Notes under the pieces: generated by a model | The model's input: the letters and a program-made list of their open reading frames with translations, nothing else | Database searches by the model: none | Told to the model about the DNA's origin: nothing | From: an uncultured Acidobacteriota bacterium | Lineage (GTDB): Bacteria > Acidobacteriota > Vicinamibacteria > Vicinamibacterales > UBA8438 | Assembly (NCBI GenBank): GCA_913043225.1 | Contig: CAJWLU010000002.1 | Span: 32,001-96,000 of the forward strand | Reading direction: 5' to 3' | DNA: 64,000 bases | Shown here: piece after piece, positions 59,106 to 64,000 of the stretch | Layout of the letters: each line of letters opens with the position of its first letter | How positions within the stretch are numbered: position 1 is the first letter of the stretch | Translations under genes and position numbers: made by a program

Positions 59106-59505
59106 CCTGATTTGCCAGCTTCCTGATCAGCTCTTTGTCGGCGGGCGGGAAGGAAAGCGTGGTCAGCTCGTCCCGCTTCACCCACCGCAGCTCCTGGCCC
59201 TGTTGCGGAGTCGGCACCCCTTTGGGCCGGCTAGCGTAAAAACTGAGTTCCACTCGCCGATCGGGATAGCTGAAGTTGCTCCGATGGAGCAGCGGTCCGA
59301 CTTCGATCTCGACCGCCAGCTCCTCTCTCAGCTCCCTGATAAGGGCTTCGGTTGGGTCTTCTCCCGGTTCGATCTTCCCGCCAGGGAATTCCCAGTAGCC
59401 TGCCAGGTGGGTGCCCTCGGGACGCGTTGTGATGCAGATTCGGCCGTGTTCTTCGAGTACGGCGGCTACCACCGTCACTATCTTCGGCTCGGCGCTTTGG
59501 TTCAC
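59098..59505 (-). CDS. mutT: MutT/NudG-type Nudix pyrophosphohydrolase
   Basis: WEFPGGKIEPGEDPTEALIRELREELA (intact Nudix box), FPPAD. Confidence 0.85.
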   Translation of the reverse strand: MNQSAEPKIVTVVAAVLEEHGRICITTRPEGTHLAGYWEFPGGKIEPGEDPTEALIRELREELAVEIEVGPLLHRSNFSYPDRRVELSFYASRPKGVPTPQQGQELRWVKRDELTTLSFPPADKELIRKLANQAK

Positions 59506-60227
59506 GACGTTGGGCCTTCGAGGTCCGGGTTGAAGGGGTAGGCGCGGCAGATGGCGCGCATCGGGCAGACGAGACAGCGCGGACTGCGCGCTACGCAGAC
59601 GAGTGCACCGAGGTCCATAAGAGCTTGATTGAAGTCGAACACGTCACGTCGAGGGAGCAGTGCCTCGGACATTGCCCAGATACGTTTCTCCATAACGGTA
59701 GTTTTCCGGTCGCCTCGTCCTACGAATACCCGGAAGAGGACCCGCGCAACGTTCGTGTCGACGATAGCGGCCCTGCGCCCGAACGCGAAGCTTTGCACCG
59801 CGCCGACCGTGTAGGCACCGATGCCCTTGAAGGAGCGGAGTGTGGTCTCGTCCGACGGGAGTTCGCCCCCGTAGCGGGCGACCACCTCGCATGCGATTTC
59901 GTGCAGTCGTTGAGGACGAGCGTTGTAGCCGAGAGGACGCCAGGTGTCGGCCACTTCTTCGGGGGAGGCCGCGGCCAGCGCCTCGAGTGTCGGGTACTTC
60001 GAGAGCCACTCCTCGTACTTGGGAAGCACCCGGTCGACTTGGGTCTGCTGCAGCATTATCTCCGAGACGAGGACGCGGTACGGATCCCGTGTGCGGCGCC
60101 ACGGGAGGTCACGTCCGTTGCGTCGATACCAGCCCAGTAGACGCCGTCGGAACCGGCGTCGAAGGGGCGGTGCCGGTAGTTCCGGGAGGGCGGACAAGTT
60201 ACCAGACTGACCGGAAGAAGGCCCCAT
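59502..60227 (-). CDS. mutY: A/G-specific adenine glycosylase, catalytic domain only
   Basis: RDLPWR, VSEIMLQQTQV, LGY, GIGAYT (HhH), VDTNVARV, NQALMDLGA, C-x6-C-x2-C-x5-C. Confidence 0.92.
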   Translation of the reverse strand: MGPSSGQSGNLSALPELPAPPLRRRFRRRLLGWYRRNGRDLPWRRTRDPYRVLVSEIMLQQTQVDRVLPKYEEWLSKYPTLEALAAASPEEVADTWRPLGYNARPQRLHEIACEVVARYGGELPSDETTLRSFKGIGAYTVGAVQSFAFGRRAAIVDTNVARVLFRVFVGRGDRKTTVMEKRIWAMSEALLPRRDVFDFNQALMDLGALVCVARSPRCLVCPMRAICRAYPFNPDLEGPTS

Positions 60228-60250
60228 GAGCACGGCACTATAATCGACAT

Positions 60251-60784
60251 GTGAAGATCTATACCCGTACTGGAGATACCGGAGAGACCGGATTGCTCGA
60301 TGGTCGCCGCGTTTCGAAGGCGGCTCCGAGGGTCGACGCCTACGGCGAGGTCGACGAACTCAACGCGTGTCTCGGACTCCTTCTGAGCACCGGACTTCAG
60401 CCGGACCTGGTGGAAGTGCTGACGCGGGCGCAGCACCAGCTGTTCTCTTTGGGGGCCGAGCTAGCGGATCCGGGAGGCAACCTAGGTCAGAAGAAGGCGT
60501 CTGTCGCCCCGGAGGAGATCGCGGCGCTCGAGGAGGCAATAGACAAGTTGGAGAACGAGCTGCAGCCGCTACGTCGCTTCATCCTGCCGGGTGGGCATCC
60601 GTCCGCCGCTGCAGCACATCTTGCCCGCGCTGTCTGTCGCCGGGCGGAGCGGCGCATGACGGGCCTCGGTAATGGAGAGGTGTCGGCCGCGTCGCTTGCC
60701 TACGTCAATCGGCTGTCGGATCTGCTGTTCGTGATGGCCCGGACTCTCAACGTGCGTCAGGGAGTCACCGAACAGGAGTGGTAG
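60251..60784 (+). CDS. PduO-type cob(I)alamin adenosyltransferase
   Basis: KIYTRTGDTGET, YGEVDELN, FILPGG, RAVCRRAER, NRLSDLLFV. Confidence 0.94.
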   Translation: MKIYTRTGDTGETGLLDGRRVSKAAPRVDAYGEVDELNACLGLLLSTGLQPDLVEVLTRAQHQLFSLGAELADPGGNLGQKKASVAPEEIAALEEAIDKLENELQPLRRFILPGGHPSAAAAHLARAVCRRAERRMTGLGNGEVSAASLAYVNRLSDLLFVMARTLNVRQGVTEQEW

Positions 60785-61304
60785 CCAGGTCATCTTGCTG
60801 CTGAGCGGGGAGCGCGGCGTCGCGGCGTTCCATGTCGGTGCGGACGGCATCGAACACGGCGCGGGCCAGCTCCTGCGAGATCCGTTCGCGGACACTGCCG
60901 CACTCCACCATCACGTCACCCGCACTGCTGCGCAGCAACACGTCCCATCGGTCGTGGGCGATTCCTTCGGGCCGGTCAGCGAACGAGCCAGAGTCGCCTC
61001 CATCTTCGTCGTCGTGCCGCCGTGTCGTGTAGGAGACCAGCGGCGACCCGTTGATGAGCACGCGGACCAGACGCACGTCATCCCGAGGCACGGCCCGTTC
61101 GCCCCAGTAGTAGTAGGCTTTGTCGCACACGAATAACTCAAGACCTTCCTTCGTTGGAATCTCTGCGACCACCGTGCGACCCGATTCTTTCAGTGAACGA
61201 CGCTCGCGGTCCCGACTTCGCTGGTGATAGCGGAGGGTCGAGATCAACCCGAGCGCGAAGAGAAAGAGGCCGAGTGCCACCATGGCCGCGACGACATCGC
61301 GCAT
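60765..61304 (-). CDS. membrane-anchored hypothetical protein
   Basis: N-terminal TM; coherent globular C-terminus (DRWDV, VECG..RERISQELAR). Confidence 0.75.
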   Translation of the reverse strand: MRDVVAAMVALGLFLFALGLISTLRYHQRSRDRERRSLKESGRTVVAEIPTKEGLELFVCDKAYYYWGERAVPRDDVRLVRVLINGSPLVSYTTRRHDDEDGGDSGSFADRPEGIAHDRWDVLLRSSAGDVMVECGSVRERISQELARAVFDAVRTDMERRDAALPAQQQDDLATTPVR

Positions 61305-61341
61305 CCTAGCCATGCTACCAGCATTAGAATCGGTTAGACCG

Positions 61342-62238
61342 ATGTCGTCTTCCGCCTTGCCGACAGATCCAGCGCTCGTCTCGGCCTACGCCGCCTGTGC
61401 CAGACTCGCTCGCACCCACTACGAGAATTTCCCTGTGGCGTCGTGGGCGCTGCCGGCGCCGATGCGGCCACACATTGCCGCGATCTATGCCTTTGCTAGG
61501 ACCGCCGACGACTTTGCCGACGAGGGAACGCTACCGTCCGAGGAGCGGCTGCGGCGGCTCGACGACTGGGGCGTCCGTTTGCACGAGTGCCTCGAGGGGC
61601 CACCTGGCGCGGTTGACGATCCACATGCCGCCACCTTCCTCGCTCTCTCACACACGATTCGGATGTGTCGTCTTCCGGTGACGCTGTTCGAGGATCTGCT
61701 GAGCGCGTTCCGGCAGGACGTGAGCACCCACCGCTATGAGACATGGCATCAGCTCCTCGATTATTGCCGCCGGTCGGCTAATCCGGTTGGCCGGTTGGTG
61801 CTTCGGGTGGCAGGGCATGATGACGAGCGGCTCGATCTGGCGTCAGACGCGCTCTGCACGGCGCTCCAGCTGACCAACTTCTGGCAGGATCTGGCACGCG
61901 ATTATGCTGCGGGCCGGATCTACGTGCCGGCCGAAGATCGAGACGCCTGCGGCGCGCTGGAGTCGGACCTCGAGTCGAAATGCTTCACGCCTGCCTGGCT
62001 TGAGGCCCTGGAGCGCGTGGGCAACAGGACCCGGGAGCTGTTTGAGGAAGGGCGGTCGGTGTGTGACGGCGTCAGGGGCCGCCTCGCATTGGAGCTGCGG
62101 TTGACGTGGCTGGGCGGTCTGCGGATTCTCGACCGGTTGGAGCGAGCAGGCTGGGACGTCTATGCCCGGCGACCGACCCTGGGCGCGTCAGATGCCCCGC
62201 TGCTGCTGTGGCGTACGTTGGTCTGGAGGCGCGGTTAG
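61342..62238 (+). CDS. hpnC: hydroxysqualene synthase (hopanoid pathway)
   Basis: HYENFPVAS, YAFARTADDFADEG, DYCRRSANPVGR, LQLTNFWQD. Confidence 0.93.
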   Translation: MSSSALPTDPALVSAYAACARLARTHYENFPVASWALPAPMRPHIAAIYAFARTADDFADEGTLPSEERLRRLDDWGVRLHECLEGPPGAVDDPHAATFLALSHTIRMCRLPVTLFEDLLSAFRQDVSTHRYETWHQLLDYCRRSANPVGRLVLRVAGHDDERLDLASDALCTALQLTNFWQDLARDYAAGRIYVPAEDRDACGALESDLESKCFTPAWLEALERVGNRTRELFEEGRSVCDGVRGRLALELRLTWLGGLRILDRLERAGWDVYARRPTLGASDAPLLLWRTLVWRRG

Positions 62239-62254
62239 GGACGGAGCTCTTCGA

Positions 62255-63076
62255 GTGGCCCGAGACACGAACTTCTACTACTCGTTTCTGGTGCTGCCGG
62301 CTGACCAGCGCCGCGCCATCGTCGCGGTGTGGGATTTCTGTCGTGCCGTTGACGATGCCGTGGACGAGCCTTCGCATGGCCGAGAGGGCGAGTCGCCGGA
62401 AACGGCTCTGGCCAGTTGGCGAGCCGAGCTCGACGCCTGTTACGGGTTGGCGGTGCCGACCACGCCCCAGGGACAGGGTCTGAAGCCGTTCATTGCACGG
62501 TTCGATCTTCCTCGACAGCCGTTCGATGACCTGATTGACGGCGTGGCGATGGACACCGAGATCAGGCGCTACCAGACGTTCGACGATCTCTACGAGTACT
62601 GCATCCGGGTGGCATCGGCGGTCGGGCTGTTGTGCATCCAGATCTTCGGCTACCGGGATCCTGGCGCTCGCGACTACGCGGTGGCGCTCGGCGTGGCTTT
62701 GCAACTCACCAACATCATCCGAGACCTGCCGGGCGACCTTCGGGTAGGACGGCTGTACCTACCCCTGGAGGATCTGGAGCGATTCGGCTGTACCGAGGAC
62801 GACCTGCGAGAGGGTTTATCCGATCCAGTACGGGCTCTCCTCGCGCACGAGTGTCAGCGTGCTAGGAGCTTCTATGAGCGGGCCCGTCTGGTCCTGCCAG
62901 CCTCCGAGCGCCGGCGTCTGGTCGCGGCCGAGATCATGGGGGCAATTTACTTCGACATCTTCACCCGAATCGAGGGCCGCGGGCACGACGTGTTCTCGGA
63001 AGTGGTCCGCGTGCCCCGACTACGCCGGGCCTGGATTGCGGGCTCGGTCTGGGCGAGGACCGTGGTCGGACTGTGA
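62255..63076 (+). CDS. hpnD: presqualene diphosphate synthase
   Basis: TNFYYSF, FCRAVDDAVD, YCIRVASAVG, LQLTNIIRD. Confidence 0.93.
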   Translation: MARDTNFYYSFLVLPADQRRAIVAVWDFCRAVDDAVDEPSHGREGESPETALASWRAELDACYGLAVPTTPQGQGLKPFIARFDLPRQPFDDLIDGVAMDTEIRRYQTFDDLYEYCIRVASAVGLLCIQIFGYRDPGARDYAVALGVALQLTNIIRDLPGDLRVGRLYLPLEDLERFGCTEDDLREGLSDPVRALLAHECQRARSFYERARLVLPASERRRLVAAEIMGAIYFDIFTRIEGRGHDVFSEVVRVPRLRRAWIAGSVWARTVVGL

Positions 63077-64000
63077 CGTCCGAGCGATTCGACGCCGTTG
63101 TGCTCGGAGCCGGTTTTGCCGGTCTCAGTGCGGCAGCGGTTCTGGCCGACAGGGGATGCCGAGTGCTGGTGCTCGAGGCCTCTTCCCGCCTTGGGGGGCG
63201 GGCGGCCTCGTTCCGTGACGGCGCCACCGGAGAGCAGGTCGACAATGGCCAGCACGTCCTGTTCGGGTGCTATCACGAGACCCGGCGATTCCTTGATCGT
63301 ATTGGCGCGGCGGGTGGTCTTCGCGTGGCAGCCGACCTCGATGTAGTCTCGGTGACTCCAGAGGGGGAGTCCACGCGTTTCATCTGCCCATCGCTGCCGC
63401 CACCCTTCAACCTTCTAGCTGGCGTCCTCGAGTGGCGGGCCCTTGCGTGGCGCGATCGCCTTGCTGTGCTACGTCTGGCCGGCCCGCTCAGATTGGCCCG
63501 TCGGGAACTGCTCGGTGGCGACGTCTGCGCCACGTCGGCCGGTGAAACCGTGACCGGTTGGCTGACTCGGCACGGCCAGACGGCTCGGATCAGGGAACTG
63601 CTCTGGGACCCGCTGGCCTTGGCCGCTCTCAACCAAAGTCCGGACGTCGCAGCTGCCCCGACCTTCGTGCGGGCCCTGGCGATGATGACCGGATCCTCTT
63701 GTTCGGACGCCGCGGTGGCGCTGCCGCTCCTGCCGCTGAGAGATTTGTACGCGGAGCCGGCGCGGCGCTTCATCGAGGCCCGCGGTGGCGAAGTTCGTCT
63801 GACGACTGCCGGTCGTCTTCGGCTGGACCAGGGCCGGGTCGTTGGCGTCGACGCCGGTGCGGTTCGGGTGGAGACCGCGGTCGCTATTTCGGCCGTGCCG
63901 TGGTTCGCGCTGGCCGGTTTGTTCGGCGACAGGCCTCCAGAGGAGATGGGGATGACGTGCCAGAATGCTGGGCAGATGGAGTCGTCTCCGATCGTCACCG
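63073..64000 (+). CDS. hpnE: hydroxysqualene dehydroxylase (FAD-dependent), 3'-truncated by the window edge
   Basis: Frame from GTG 63073: VLGAGFAGLSAA...LGGRAASF...VDNGQHVLFGCY; follows hpnC and hpnD. Confidence 0.9.
   Translation, partial: MTSERFDAVVLGAGFAGLSAAAVLADRGCRVLVLEASSRLGGRAASFRDGATGEQVDNGQHVLFGCYHETRRFLDRIGAAGGLRVAADLDVVSVTPEGESTRFICPSLPPPFNLLAGVLEWRALAWRDRLAVLRLAGPLRLARRELLGGDVCATSAGETVTGWLTRHGQTARIRELLWDPLALAALNQSPDVAAAPTFVRALAMMTGSSCSDAAVALPLLPLRDLYAEPARRFIEARGGEVRLTTAGRLRLDQGRVVGVDAGAVRVETAVAISAVPWFALAGLFGDRPPEEMGMTCQNAGQMESSPIVT

Noticed and set aside
61342..64000. hpnCDE as a novel pathway
   Set aside because: It is the established three-enzyme bacterial squalene route for hopanoids

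Overview
A high-GC bacterial chromosomal window of mostly housekeeping genes. The gene families and style suggest Acidobacteriota, probably Vicinamibacteria-like; this is inference, not a database result. It contains tRNA-Ala(GGC), an AddB/AddA helicase-nuclease pair, Mrp/ApbC, pcm, an M61 peptidase, glk, infA with a DEAD-box helicase, an acyl-CoA synthetase-ACP-acyltransferase fusion, a CCA-adding enzyme, a TatT-associated (TPAT) TRAP transporter, thiO, a stand-alone AICAR transformylase, sdhCAB, an iodotyrosine-deiodinase-like flavoprotein, queF, HU, E2/lipB, ygfZ, mutY/mutT, a PduO-type adenosyltransferase and hpnCDE (running off the right edge). I found no CRISPR array, rRNA, or intact mobile element. 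The most notable non-routine signals are: (1) four DnaA-box-like 9-mers at an exact 11-bp period next to an AT tract, upstream of the addBA operon; (2) about ten gene remnants in 'intergenic' DNA, several of them signalling genes (ECF sigma factor, Ser/Thr kinase, histidine kinase, HD-GYP), which points to ongoing genome erosion; (3) a cluster of tiny Cys-rich proteins plus an HPD-less J-protein next to the Fe-S scaffold Mrp; (4) a BRCT-MerR-TPR protein with a clamp-binding-like motif; (5) at least seven apparent leaderless genes; (6) two probable pseudoenzymes. I cannot demonstrate a new system from sequence alone; items 1, 3 and 4 are the best candidates.
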